From contig JALUEE010000004.1 in NCBI GenBank assembly GCA_027053075.1, positions 1 to 62,877 on the forward strand: a stretch of DNA of 62,877 bases. The letters are read 5' to 3'. Of this stretch, positions 1 to 10,153 are shown in pieces. Numbering within the stretch: position 1 is the stretch's first letter; each line of letters opens with the position of its first letter. The DNA comes from a candidate division WOR-3 bacterium. GTDB taxonomy: Bacteria; Hydrothermota; Hydrothermia; B15-G9; WFZT01. The translations under genes and the position numbers were made by a program. Under the pieces are notes generated by a model that had not been told where the DNA came from, did no database searches, and worked only from the letters and a program-made list of their open reading frames with translations.

Positions 1-17
1 TGTATTGTTTTTTTCAT
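1..17 (-). CDS. 5' fragment of an ORF running off the window (MKKTI...), possibly an IS110 transposase start
   Basis: ATG at 17-15 on the minus strand, preceded by SD-like GAGGGGG; only 5 codons visible; identity inferred from context. Confidence 0.35.
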
Positions 18-330
18 TCCAGGGCCCCCTCTGAGTTTTACCCAGTGCGTTTCGTCGTCAGCCTCTTATGTGTTTTTTAGACAGCTCACTTCCCCTTCGG
101 GCCGCCGCCCCTTTTTCTTCCTTTCAGGGTTTTTATATCCCAGTGTATAGCAGTATTCGATCCAGAAACCTCTCTCAGTCTCTGCCCGCAAGATTTGTCG
201 TGGTTCTCTTAAAAAGTCTTTAAAAAACTCACTTCTTACAAAGGATTAATTCGAGGGTATAAACTATCCTCATACCGGAGGCTCCTGCCAAACGACTGGT
301 CACAGGGACATTTATGAACATTATTCCTTC
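18..330 (-). other. Non-coding region with short hairpins; candidate IS110 left end / bridge-RNA region
   Basis: No ORF; hairpins CCCGAAGGG and CTGGGT-AAA-ACTCAG on the minus strand; C/T-rich plus strand like the IS110 at the right edge. Confidence 0.35.
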
Positions 331-1069
331 AGGATTTATTTAATTGATCCACCCACTCTGAAATAATCCTGTTGACCTCCTGAAATTTTTCGATCATCAC
401 CATGTGGCCAGCCCGGGGTATTACCCTTAATTCTGAATTTGCAAGGCTTTCTGCTGTTTGTTTTACTCTTTCCAGACTTACAAGCTGTTCCTCCCTGCCT
501 AAAACAAGGAGAATCGGAATATTTATCACTTGAATCTCATAGCACAGATCTTCCTTTCCAGCGGCCTTGAGGTCATATTCCACAACCCCTTTTGCCCTCT
601 TGAGGATTGTATCAGCAGTTTTCAGGCACCGTTTTATGCTTTCTTTAGAGTAGAATAAATTTTTGCAAAATTCCTCTGGATTTCTTGGTGGCTCCCTTCG
701 TGAGAGATTACAGGCCGAGCCCACAAGTATGGCACCATTGGCCTTATCGTGTTTTAAAAGATAGTCCAGCACCACAAGACCACCCATGGAATGCCCTGCG
801 AGGATGAGCTTGCCTTCTGGATTAAATTTCTCAATAAACCCACTTAAAAATTCGCTGTAACATGAGATTTCATCACATGGCTGTCCAATGCTATTTCCGT
901 GCCCGGGAAGGTCAAGAGCGATAAGGGTTAGAGGTATGTCTAAAAATTCAAGCTGGTAATACCAGTTGAGATGGTTACCTCCTGCTCCGTGAACAAAAAC
1001 TATTGCATCATTCCCACGCGCCCTCGCTGAATAATAAAGCTTTACCCCGTGGACGGTGAGATAGGGCAT
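329..1069 (-). CDS. Alpha/beta fold hydrolase
   Basis: FVHGAGG, DLPGHG, GHSMGG nucleophile elbow, C-terminal AGH catalytic His. Confidence 0.9.
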   Translation of the reverse strand: MPYLTVHGVKLYYSARARGNDAIVFVHGAGGNHLNWYYQLEFLDIPLTLIALDLPGHGNSIGQPCDEISCYSEFLSGFIEKFNPEGKLILAGHSMGGLVVLDYLLKHDKANGAILVGSACNLSRREPPRNPEEFCKNLFYSKESIKRCLKTADTILKRAKGVVEYDLKAAGKEDLCYEIQVINIPILLVLGREEQLVSLERVKQTAESLANSELRVIPRAGHMVMIEKFQEVNRIISEWVDQLNKS

Positions 1070-1257
1070 TATTCCATTTCTTCTTCCAGCTTTTCTATCT
1101 CTTTTTTGATCTTGGAAATCTTTTTGTCGATACTTTCTTCCTTTAAACGTGTTCTTTCCATAAACTCCTCACCTGTCCATGGGGTAACAAAAAGGGCGAT
1201 AAGTCCCCCGAAAACAAGACCTAATAAGAACCAAACGACCCCATCTTTTAATCTCAT
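1069..1257 (-). CDS. YtxH-like small membrane-anchored coiled-coil protein
   Basis: FLLGLVFGGLIALFVTPWTGEE followed by a coiled coil; start moved to ATG 1257 behind AAAGGAG. Confidence 0.7.
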   Translation of the reverse strand: MRLKDGVVWFLLGLVFGGLIALFVTPWTGEEFMERTRLKEESIDKKISKIKKEIEKLEEEME

Positions 1258-1261
1258 AATT

Positions 1262-1630
1262 TCACTCCTTTCTAATGGCGTTTTCGATGTGATTAAATTC
1301 AACTCCGTTTCGGTTAAATTTTACACCAATTGCGTCAAATCTCAAATCGTATCCCTGAAATTCGGGATGTGTCTCAACAAAGACCATGGCAGTTTTAAGG
1401 AGTTTTTTAACCTTTGAAGGCCCGATAGTCTCGATAGGTTCTATTCCCATGCTATCTCCTGTAAAGCTTCGCACTTCAACAAAAATCAGGGTCTTTTTCC
1501 TCACAAAAATGAGGTCTATCTCTCCACCACGCCAGCGGAAGTTCCGAGTAATGAGTTTATACCCTTTCTTTTTCAGGAATTCAGCCGCAGCATCCTCTCC
1601 CTTCCTGCCTTTACCGGTTCTTGATATCAT
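1262..1630 (-). CDS. yraN: YraN (UPF0102) family putative endonuclease
   Basis: GEDAAAEFL..GY....RNFR...GEIDLI....LIFVEV and RFDAIGV motifs. Confidence 0.9.
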   Translation of the reverse strand: MISRTGKGRKGEDAAAEFLKKKGYKLITRNFRWRGGEIDLIFVRKKTLIFVEVRSFTGDSMGIEPIETIGPSKVKKLLKTAMVFVETHPEFQGYDLRFDAIGVKFNRNGVEFNHIENAIRKE

Positions 1631-2919
1631 TGATGGAAATTTGAAGTTTCTTCCTCAGGAATATATTTTTTCCAATCTGGCAAACTGGGTTCTTCTCTGT
1701 TACTGGAGTAAACGAGTATATAGTTTCCGTTGTTCTGAATATCAACGAAAATGAATTTCCAGTTTTGAGAGTAATAATACCACTCCTCCCTGTCAGGCGT
1801 TTTACCTTCAAGGGAAATCCTCTTGATTTGATCCGGCTCTCCGTATTTTATTAATATCCTTCCTCGATCCGTGTATCTGCCCTTTGTTTTGCCTATAGAG
1901 TACTTTCTGTCAGCTTCTCTTACACGCATTATAAATTCTTCGAGGAATTCATTTTCTGGCGTCTTTGGATTTGGGTCCCTCTTTGCCCAGAATTTCTTGA
2001 GAAATAGATAGCGGCCACGCTCATCCTTGATTTTTTTGTATTCCTTCAGCTCCTGCGGAGTCGCAATGTAGTCTATAAAAGAAATGTAGTCCATAAGCTG
2101 TGGAGGTATCTGCTTTTCACCAAACGTGTAATAGAACGGGATGCTTTTCTTAAGGTGCCTGTTGTGTGTGATATCTGCAAAATCGAGTACAAGATTATAG
2201 CTCCCCTCGTCTTTCAGTCCTTCAAGCAGGATGGCCCCGATTCCCACATGCTTTCCCCTGAATTTGATTATCTCAGGTTTGTTCCTTAAAAGGGGCTTGC
2301 CATCCTCGGAGAAAATCAGGCTGTTGAGAACAACGGTTGCACTCTCCGGCGAGTATATCTCATAGGTGTAAAGAAGTGTGTCCTTCTCTGGACTGTAGGT
2401 TCTTACCGGGTTTGGTATGAACGATAGTCCGTATTTGAAAAAGTTAGGAATTGTATCTTTCTTAACATCCCAAAGGAATTCCACATCGGACACGGCAAGG
2501 GACGTATCCGGTACGGCTTTGATAACAACCGTGGTGTCAACTTCTCCCTTATTGTTGTTATTCAAATCAGTGATGGTGAATTTTAGATGGTATGTTCCAG
2601 GAGCAAGCAGAATGCTTATCTGGTCAATCAGATAATTTCTGCCTCTTCTCTTTCCAAGTTCCTGTGTCCATTTCTGCTTTACAGGTTTCTTTCCCTTTGT
2701 TTCGAGCCTGAAGTCGTAGGAGAGTTTTTTAACAGCACTCGTGTCGAGAGTGGATAGGTCGATTAGATAGTAGAGCTCAAAACGTTCGATCTCGGGCGTG
2801 ATTTTAAAAGTTGCCGTATCGAGATAGAATTTCACAGGCCCCTTACTGGTAATAACCGAGGGTGAGTGTGGAAAGCTAATCAATCCTGTCAAAAAGATCA
2901 GCTGGGTAATAAAGTTCAT
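1627..2919 (-). CDS. GWxTD domain protein
   Basis: FWAKRDPNPKTPENEF...GRYTDRGRILIKYGEPD...WYY; signal peptide; start moved to ATG 2919 behind GGAG. Confidence 0.85.
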   Translation of the reverse strand: MNFITQLIFLTGLISFPHSPSVITSKGPVKFYLDTATFKITPEIERFELYYLIDLSTLDTSAVKKLSYDFRLETKGKKPVKQKWTQELGKRRGRNYLIDQISILLAPGTYHLKFTITDLNNNNKGEVDTTVVIKAVPDTSLAVSDVEFLWDVKKDTIPNFFKYGLSFIPNPVRTYSPEKDTLLYTYEIYSPESATVVLNSLIFSEDGKPLLRNKPEIIKFRGKHVGIGAILLEGLKDEGSYNLVLDFADITHNRHLKKSIPFYYTFGEKQIPPQLMDYISFIDYIATPQELKEYKKIKDERGRYLFLKKFWAKRDPNPKTPENEFLEEFIMRVREADRKYSIGKTKGRYTDRGRILIKYGEPDQIKRISLEGKTPDREEWYYYSQNWKFIFVDIQNNGNYILVYSSNREEPSLPDWKKYIPEEETSNFHQ

Positions 2920-4015
2920 AGTCTCCAAAGCCTCCTCTATCAACAAAAATTACCACGAGGTTTTGGTCATAATAATACCATACCTGGTATGGAACTGCAT
3001 TAAGTTCAAAGGGATGTGTATCTATTTCATCGGGTGGCCCTAATTTAATATAAACATGCCCCCTATCGGTGAGGCTGCCAAGCATTTTCCCGACAGAGAA
3101 ATGTTTATTCGCATATGTCACTCTTTCCACAAATTCTTCCTCAAGCTCGTTTTCCGGAGTTCCAGGCGTGGGATCGTGTTTCTTCCAGAACTCCTTCCAC
3201 AACTTCATCTTCTCAGAAGGAGGGGCATTCTCCAGCTTTTTGACCTCACTGTATGGGGCAATGTAGGTCAGGGCGGGGATGTAATCGTCGAGATTGCCCA
3301 CGAGAACACTTCCCCCTTTTCTATAAATGAAAATCGCACGGCGTTTAAAAGATTTCTGGTTGTCAAATTTTACCTCAAATCCTGCCACATACTCTCCTCT
3401 GCTCAGCGTATCTGGCATTATAAAAGATATGATGAATGCACCATCCTCTACCCTTCTGATTTCAGGAGTGAGCACCACTCCCTTTACCTTCACGTCAAAT
3501 CCTTTCTCTTCCTGATAGAGTTTTACAACTGCATCAATGCGGCTAATTTCCGGGATGGTCTTAAACTTAAACGAGATGGTGTCCGAAGAATAAATAGGGC
3601 TGGAGAGTTTATTTCCGTGAACTGGTATAGGGTCACTCAAGCACAAGCCACCTTCGCAATAATCTTTTAGATTTTTCTTAAACTCTTCCTCTATGACATC
3701 CTCACCTGTGCGGGGGTTGTCTATTTTTACCTTGACTTTCCAGTTTTTGAATTTTCGCACGGTGAAGCTATCAACCTTGATCAATGGCGATGGGGTGGAT
3801 GTGTCCACTTTAACATACCAGAAATTACCGTAAATGACATTTCTCTTTGCCTTAACCTCCACTGCGATTTCTGCTGTTCCATGCCCTTTCAGGGTTATAA
3901 ATTTTGAAGGTCGCAGGTATGTGATGAGATAAACGTTGAAATTCGCCGTATCTCTGGGAGACATGTAAAGATACACGTGGGGCTTTAAGAGGGAAATTAA
4001 TAAGAGAAATAGCAA
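2876..4015 (-). CDS. GWxTD domain protein (paralog)
   Basis: FWKKHDPTPGTPENE...GSLTDRGHVYIKLGPPD...WYY. Confidence 0.85.
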   Translation of the reverse strand: MLFLLLISLLKPHVYLYMSPRDTANFNVYLITYLRPSKFITLKGHGTAEIAVEVKAKRNVIYGNFWYVKVDTSTPSPLIKVDSFTVRKFKNWKVKVKIDNPRTGEDVIEEEFKKNLKDYCEGGLCLSDPIPVHGNKLSSPIYSSDTISFKFKTIPEISRIDAVVKLYQEEKGFDVKVKGVVLTPEIRRVEDGAFIISFIMPDTLSRGEYVAGFEVKFDNQKSFKRRAIFIYRKGGSVLVGNLDDYIPALTYIAPYSEVKKLENAPPSEKMKLWKEFWKKHDPTPGTPENELEEEFVERVTYANKHFSVGKMLGSLTDRGHVYIKLGPPDEIDTHPFELNAVPYQVWYYYDQNLVVIFVDRGGFGDYELYYPADLFDRID

Positions 4016-4876
4016 CTAAACCACCCCCATCTGCCGTGCCATTTCTTCGAGCCTTCTAATGCGGTCCTCTATTGGTGGATGCGTTGAAAAGAGTGCTGCA
4101 AGGCCACCACCTTTGAAAGGATTTACTATGAAGAGATGGGCCGTTGCAGGGTTGGCCGACTGCAAAGGTATCCTTGATGCTCCATAAGCGAGCTTTTTGA
4201 GTGCACTTGCGAGGGCAAGAGGGTCTCTCGAAATTTTGGCTCCTGTGGCATCAGCAAGGTACTCCCTTGACCTTGAGATGGCAAGCTGAATGATCATGGC
4301 TGCTATGGGGGCGAGGATAGAAATGAGCAGGGCAACAAGAATGTTCCCTCCTCTATCGTCATCATCTCCGAAACCACCAAGGAATGCAGCCCATCTTGCC
4401 ATGTATGCAAGATAGGTTATTGCTCCAGCAATAGTAGCCGTTACGGACATAATGAGAATGTCCCTGTTTTTAATATGGGACAGCTCGTGCGATAGTACAC
4501 CTCTAAGCTCACGCTCATCAAGTAATTTGAGAATGCCCGTTGTCACAGCCACGGCTGCATGACCGGGCCCTCTACCAGTGGCAAAAGCGTTTGGGTGGTC
4601 GGTGGGGATTATGTAGACTCTGGGTTTTGGGATTCCTGCCGCGTGTGCGAGCTCTTCTACAATGGCGTGCAGCCTCGGTGCCTCTCTTGGACTGACCTCC
4701 TTTGCCCTGTACATGGCAAGCACGATTTTGTCACTCCACCAGTACGACGCAAAATTCATTACCCCGGCAAAAATCAGGGCAATAAGCATTCCACTCCTTC
4801 CACCCAGCAGGTCACCAAGCCAGATAAAGAGGATTGTTAAAAGCGTCAGCAAAATGTAAGTTTTCAGCTTTGACAT
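4016..4876 (-). CDS. htpX: Zinc metalloprotease HtpX
   Basis: [21 protein letters not shown] and FSTHPP motifs; GGAGG RBS. Confidence 0.95.
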   Translation of the reverse strand: MSKLKTYILLTLLTILFIWLGDLLGGRSGMLIALIFAGVMNFASYWWSDKIVLAMYRAKEVSPREAPRLHAIVEELAHAAGIPKPRVYIIPTDHPNAFATGRGPGHAAVAVTTGILKLLDERELRGVLSHELSHIKNRDILIMSVTATIAGAITYLAYMARWAAFLGGFGDDDDRGGNILVALLISILAPIAAMIIQLAISRSREYLADATGAKISRDPLALASALKKLAYGASRIPLQSANPATAHLFIVNPFKGGGLAALFSTHPPIEDRIRRLEEMARQMGVV

Positions 4877-4976
4877 GGAAACACCTCCATTGATTTTCTG
4901 TAATTAATATGAGGGCTCAATGCGGTTGTCAAGACCTGAAATTTGGTAAATAATTTGCCAAAAAGGAGGACCTTCT

Positions 4977-6095
4977 ATGGCCAAGTACAGGATTGCACTA
5001 TTACCTGGAGATGGAATTGGTAAAGATGTCATGGATGCAGCAGAAATTGTGCTTCAAAAAATAAATCTTGATGCCGAGTACGTTTACGGAGATATTGGCT
5101 GGGAATTCTGGAAAAAAGAGGGAAATCCTTTACCTGATAGAACCCTTGAGCTTTTGAGAAACTCCACATGTGCACTCTTTGGAGCTATCACTTCCAAACC
5201 CAAAGAGGAGGCACAGAAGGAGCTTGCCCCTGAGCTACAGGGAAAGGGGTACGAATATTTCAGTCCTATTGTTAGACTCAGACAGGAGTTTGACCTTTAT
5301 GTAAATTTGAGACCTGCAAGGGCGTTCAAAGGTAATCCGCTAAACTACAGGGACGATATTGACCTTGTAATTTTCCGTGAAAATACAGAAGGAATGTACG
5401 CTGGTGTAGAATTCTATCCACTTCCTCAGGAGGTAAAGGATGTCCTTTTAAAATACAGCCCCAAGATGAAGAGATTTGCCGACGTTCCAAATGACGAAAT
5501 TGCCATATCCACGAGGATAATGACAAAGAAGGGTTGCTACAGAATTGTAAAAGCAGCCTTTGAGTACGCGAAAAAGCACAACCGTAAGTCTGTTACTCTT
5601 GTAGAGAAACCCAACGTTTTAAGGGAAACCGGTGGCCTTATGCTGAGAATTGCCCGTGAGATCGCTAAGGAGTACCCGGAGATTGAATACAGAGAGGCCA
5701 ATGTGGATGCCATGGCGATGTGGCTTGTAAAGAATCCGCAGGATTATGATGTGCTTGTTGCCGAAAATCTCTTTGGTGACATCATTTCAGACCTTGCGGC
5801 ACAGCTTGTGGGTGGACTTGGCTTTGCATCCAGTGGGAATATTGGAGATAATTTTGCCGTTTTTGAGCCAACCCACGGCTCTGCACCCAAATATGCAGGC
5901 CAATATAAGGTCAACCCCATGGCCATGCTTCTTGCTGTAAAACTTATGCTCGACTGGCTTGGCGAGCACGGGAAGGCAAAGAGATTGGAGAACGCGATAG
6001 CTGAAGTTATAGCGGAAGGAAAAGTAAAAACTTACGACATGGGAGGGAACTCCTCGACCCTCGATGTGGCGAGGGCTGTGGCGGAGAGAATCTGA
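4977..6095 (+). CDS. Isocitrate/isopropylmalate dehydrogenase family protein
   Basis: LPGDGIG, RENTEG, NLFGDIISD, FEPTHGSAP, TYDMGG; substrate not resolvable by eye. Confidence 0.9.
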   Translation: MAKYRIALLPGDGIGKDVMDAAEIVLQKINLDAEYVYGDIGWEFWKKEGNPLPDRTLELLRNSTCALFGAITSKPKEEAQKELAPELQGKGYEYFSPIVRLRQEFDLYVNLRPARAFKGNPLNYRDDIDLVIFRENTEGMYAGVEFYPLPQEVKDVLLKYSPKMKRFADVPNDEIAISTRIMTKKGCYRIVKAAFEYAKKHNRKSVTLVEKPNVLRETGGLMLRIAREIAKEYPEIEYREANVDAMAMWLVKNPQDYDVLVAENLFGDIISDLAAQLVGGLGFASSGNIGDNFAVFEPTHGSAPKYAGQYKVNPMAMLLAVKLMLDWLGEHGKAKRLENAIAEVIAEGKVKTYDMGGNSSTLDVARAVAERI

Positions 6096-6103
6096 ATCCT
6101 TGA

Positions 6104-7306
6104 ATGCGAAAACTGCCTAAAAATATCGTCTATCTCGGTTGGGTGAGTTTCTTTACGGACTTCTCCACCGAGATGATTTATCCCCTGATACCGGCCTTCC
6201 TCACCGCTGTTTTGGGTGTAGGAGCAGAAGTTCTGGGAATAATTGAAGGGATAGCTGAAGCGACAGCAAGCATCCTGAAAGCCCTTTCAGGTGCCCTCTC
6301 CGATAGATATTCAAAGCGTAAGCCCCTTGTTATAGCTGGCTACTCACTTTCAGCCATTGCCAAGCCCTTTATCGGCATTGCAAGTGTCTGGCAGCATGTT
6401 CTGGTCGCACGATTTGCGGATAGAATGGGGAAGGGGATAAGGACCTCACCACGAGATGCTTTGATTTCCGAGTCAGTCCCAGATGACCAGAGAGGGCAGG
6501 CCTTCGGTTTTCATAGGACAATGGATACCCTCGGAGCGGTTGCAGGCCCGCTCACCGCATTCCTGCTTCTAAGTCTACTTGTTCCTCACTGGGGGATAAA
6601 GCTTACCTACCGCTTCATTTTCCTCTTCTCCATTGTACCCGGTGCACTTGCAGTGCTCGTTCTCCTCAAAGTGAGAGAGAAACCTCGAGTGGTGAAATCT
6701 GTGCGGCAAAATATATTAAAAAACTACTCAATGCTGCCGCTTTCCTTCTGGCTTTTCCTTCTTGTTATGGTGATTTTCTCGCTTGGCAACTCCTCAGACA
6801 CATTTATACTTTTGATGGTGAAGGAGAGAGGCATTTCCGTGCGTTCAATCATGCTCCTCTACATGCTTTTTAACATCGTTTACGCTTCGATCTCAACCCC
6901 GGTGGGCATTGTCTCGGATAAAATTGGCAGAAGGATTACTCTTCTCATTGCGTTCCTCCTCTACTCTATCACCTATTTCGGGATCACGAGGATATCCACC
7001 ACCCTTCACGTGATTCTCATTTTTATCCTTTACGGCATCTTTTACGGATTCTTCGAGGGCAGTTCAAGGGCATTTGTAACCGACCTTTTAGGTGACTCTG
7101 AGCTCAAGGGCACAGCCTACGGTGTTTACCACATGGCAATTGGACTCACCCTGCTACCGGCGAATTTCATAGCCGGTATCCTCTGGAAAACCATTTCCCC
7201 GGCAGCTACTTTTTATTTCGGCGGTTCTTTTGCTATACTTTCATTTATCCTGCTACTGGGAGGTGCACCATGGATAAACCCGAGGAGAAACTTAAAGAAG
7301 AGCTAA
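6104..7306 (+). CDS. MFS transporter
   Basis: About 12 hydrophobic segments; GALSDRYSKRK motif A; DRMGKGIRTSPRDA. Confidence 0.9.
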   Translation: MRKLPKNIVYLGWVSFFTDFSTEMIYPLIPAFLTAVLGVGAEVLGIIEGIAEATASILKALSGALSDRYSKRKPLVIAGYSLSAIAKPFIGIASVWQHVLVARFADRMGKGIRTSPRDALISESVPDDQRGQAFGFHRTMDTLGAVAGPLTAFLLLSLLVPHWGIKLTYRFIFLFSIVPGALAVLVLLKVREKPRVVKSVRQNILKNYSMLPLSFWLFLLVMVIFSLGNSSDTFILLMVKERGISVRSIMLLYMLFNIVYASISTPVGIVSDKIGRRITLLIAFLLYSITYFGITRISTTLHVILIFILYGIFYGFFEGSSRAFVTDLLGDSELKGTAYGVYHMAIGLTLLPANFIAGILWKTISPAATFYFGGSFAILSFILLLGGAPWINPRRNLKKS

Positions 7307-7557
7307 AAGTTGAAGAATTACTTTCTTTAACCCTTGTCCAGCTTATTGCCAAGGCCTGGTCCTATCTTGGCTTGGTCTCCCATCCAGAGACCGGCAAAAT
7401 AAAAGCCGACCTTGATCAGGCAAAACTGGCAATAGATTCCATTGAAGCGATTTATCCGCTTATAAAGGACAAACTTCCTGAAGAGGACAGAAAAGGAGTG
7501 GAGCTTGAGCTGACCAATCTCAGGCTTAATTACGTTAAACAAAGGAGTGGAAAATGA
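7270..7557 (+). CDS. DUF1844 domain protein
   Basis: LGLVSHPETG...DLDQAKLAID...LTNLRLNYV; GGAGG RBS. Confidence 0.75.
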   Translation: MDKPEEKLKEELKVEELLSLTLVQLIAKAWSYLGLVSHPETGKIKADLDQAKLAIDSIEAIYPLIKDKLPEEDRKGVELELTNLRLNYVKQRSGK

Positions 7558-9080
7558 AACGTGCCCTCATTTCAGTTAGCAAAAAAACGAAGAAGGTCCT
7601 CGAGCTTGCCCAGACTCTGGAGAATCTGGGATGGGAAATACTCTCCACGGGCGGAACTGCAAACTTCCTGAAATCTCAAGGAGTTAACGTGAAATTGGTT
7701 GAGGAAGTTACAGGTTTCCCCTCCATCATGGATGGCCGCGTAAAAACCCTTCACCCGGCAATTTTTGCAGGCATTTTGTATGACAGGGAAAATGAAACCC
7801 ACAGAGAAGACCTCTCAAAGGTCAACGCGATCCCCATTGACCTTGTATTCGTGAATTTTTACCCCTTTGAGGAGGTAGTGAAACGGGAGGATGCGGGAAT
7901 AGATGAAATAGTCGAAAATATTGATATCGGTGGTCCCTCCTTAATTCGCGCATCTGCTAAAAATTTTAAATTTGTAACCGTGTTAGTGGATGAAGAGGAT
8001 ATTCCATTAGTGCTCGAAGAGTTAAAAGAGCTTGGAGAAACGACGATTGATACAAGACGTAAGCTTGCAGTAAAGGCCTTTGCCAGGACGTCTATCTATG
8101 ACAGCGTGGTTTACAATACATTCCTGGGCCTTTTCATGGACAACGAGCTTCCGGAATTTTTCATTAATGCTGGCAAACTGGAGCAACCCCTGAGATACGG
8201 AGAGAACCCTCACCAGAGGGCTGCTCTCTATAAAAATGTTCAGACCGGGTATATTTTAAATAAAATTGAAAAACTCTGGGGTAAAGAGCTTTCTTACAAC
8301 AATTTTGTGGACTTTTTCGCAGGTTTTGAGCTAATACAGGAGTTCAATAAACCCACCGCTGTGATTCTGAAGCACACAAATCCCTGTGGAGTTGCCACAA
8401 GAGAGGATATTTACGAGGCCTATGTTGAAGCCCTCAGTGCTGACCCGGTATCGGCCTTTGGCGGTATTGTCTTATTAAACAGAGAGGTGAGGGAAGAGCT
8501 TGCTTTTAAGCTGAATGAGCATTTCCTTGAGATTGTTGCTGCCCCTTCTTTTAGTGAGAAGGCACTGGAAATCCTCAAGAAGAAAAAGAACAGACGCATC
8601 ATAAAGTATTTAGAAGTTGATACTGAAAACATTGAGTTTAAATCCATTCCGGGTGGCATTCTCCTTCAGGAGAAGGATAAAATTTTGATGGAAAGGGAGA
8701 AGCTGGAAGTTGTGTCAGGTGAGCTCACCCAGGATGTCCTTGAGGAGCTTCTTTTTGCCTTCAAGGTGGTGAAGCACGTAAAATCCAATGCCATTGTTGT
8801 GAGCAAAAATCATAAAACCATTGGAATTGGCGCTGGACAGATGAACAGGGTGCAGGCGGCAGAAATAGCCCTCAAAGCTGCCGGAGATGAGGCAAAGGGT
8901 GCGGTTCTTGCGTCCGATGCCTTCTTCCCCTTCAGGGATTCGGTGGACCTTGCGGCAGAGCACGGGATAAAGGCCATTATCCAGCCCGGAGGGTCTGTGA
9001 GAGACAGAGAAGTTATAGAGGCTGCAAGGGAACATGGGATAATCATGGTCTTCACCCACATGAGACACTTCAGGCACTGA
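7554..9080 (+). CDS. purH: Bifunctional AICAR transformylase/IMP cyclohydrolase
   Basis: RALISVS, GRVKTLHP, IDIGGP, LRYGENPHQ, SDAFFPF, RHFRH end. Confidence 0.97.
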   Translation: MKRALISVSKKTKKVLELAQTLENLGWEILSTGGTANFLKSQGVNVKLVEEVTGFPSIMDGRVKTLHPAIFAGILYDRENETHREDLSKVNAIPIDLVFVNFYPFEEVVKREDAGIDEIVENIDIGGPSLIRASAKNFKFVTVLVDEEDIPLVLEELKELGETTIDTRRKLAVKAFARTSIYDSVVYNTFLGLFMDNELPEFFINAGKLEQPLRYGENPHQRAALYKNVQTGYILNKIEKLWGKELSYNNFVDFFAGFELIQEFNKPTAVILKHTNPCGVATREDIYEAYVEALSADPVSAFGGIVLLNREVREELAFKLNEHFLEIVAAPSFSEKALEILKKKKNRRIIKYLEVDTENIEFKSIPGGILLQEKDKILMEREKLEVVSGELTQDVLEELLFAFKVVKHVKSNAIVVSKNHKTIGIGAGQMNRVQAAEIALKAAGDEAKGAVLASDAFFPFRDSVDLAAEHGIKAIIQPGGSVRDREVIEAAREHGIIMVFTHMRHFRH

Positions 9081-10111
9081 TGCTTGAAATTGACGGTTCA
9101 TTTGGAGAGGGCGGTGGGCAGATTCTCAGGACGGCTCTGTTTCTTTCCTTAATTACGAAAACACCGTTTAAGATCAAAAACATCAGGAAAACCCGGAAAA
9201 AGCCCGGGCTGAAAAGGCAGCATCTGAGCATTATAGAGGCACTTGGTAAAATTACCCGATCAAAAACGGTGGGAGATAGTCTCGGCAGCACAGAACTCCT
9301 ATTTTATCCCGGTGAGATAGTTGGTGGAAACCTTGAAATCGATATAAAGACTGCAGGCAGTATTTCACTTTTTCTTCAAACCATATTGCCGGTGCTTGCC
9401 TTCGCAAAAGGACCGTCTAAAATCACAATTATTGGTGGAACAGATGTGCCGGGTGGTATGACCATTGATTACTTGCGATACGTTTATCTTGAATTTTTCC
9501 GAAGATTTACCCGCAGAGTCTATATTGAAGTGAAAAGACGGGGCTATTATCCTGCTGGAGGTGGAATAGTTGAAGTTGGGGTGGAGCCGGGATTTAAAAA
9601 TCTTGAAAAGGCGAAAGAGAAAGTTGAGAGCTACCGGCTTGGCTCGCGAGGGACTCTTAAGAGGATGAGAATAATCTCGGTTGCTTCAGGTAAGCTGAAG
9701 AGGCGAAAGGTTGCAGAAAGGCAGGTCAGTGGGGTACTTTCGGCTATTGGAAGCCTTGAGAAACCTGAAATTGAGATAAGATACGAAGACAGCCTTACTC
9801 CGGGAACATCTGTTTTAATCCTGGCTGAATTCACGAAAACTGTTCTTGGTGCTGATAACATCGGGAAGCTTGGTGTCCCTGCTGAAAAGATTGGTAAAAT
9901 GGCAGCAGAGGAGTTTCTTAAAGATTTGAACTCCGGTGCCACTGTGGATATTCACATGCAGGATAATCTGATCCCCTTCCTTGGTATTGCAGGAGGTGAA
10001 TTCAGGGTTTCGACTCTGACAAAGCACACTGAGACAAATATCTGGGTCACAGAGAAGTTCCTCCCGGTTAAATTCTCAGTGAGGGGTTCTCTTGTAAGAG
10101 CACACGTTTAA
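9080..10111 (+). CDS. rtcA: RNA 3'-terminal phosphate cyclase
   Basis: IDGSFGEGGGQILR, PGLKRQH, GYYPAGGG, VDIHMQDNL active-site His. Confidence 0.92.
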   Translation: MLEIDGSFGEGGGQILRTALFLSLITKTPFKIKNIRKTRKKPGLKRQHLSIIEALGKITRSKTVGDSLGSTELLFYPGEIVGGNLEIDIKTAGSISLFLQTILPVLAFAKGPSKITIIGGTDVPGGMTIDYLRYVYLEFFRRFTRRVYIEVKRRGYYPAGGGIVEVGVEPGFKNLEKAKEKVESYRLGSRGTLKRMRIISVASGKLKRRKVAERQVSGVLSAIGSLEKPEIEIRYEDSLTPGTSVLILAEFTKTVLGADNIGKLGVPAEKIGKMAAEEFLKDLNSGATVDIHMQDNLIPFLGIAGGEFRVSTLTKHTETNIWVTEKFLPVKFSVRGSLVRAHV

Positions 10112-10153
10112 GCTTACGGGTTTTTCCATTATGATATTAAAACGGAGGAAGAG

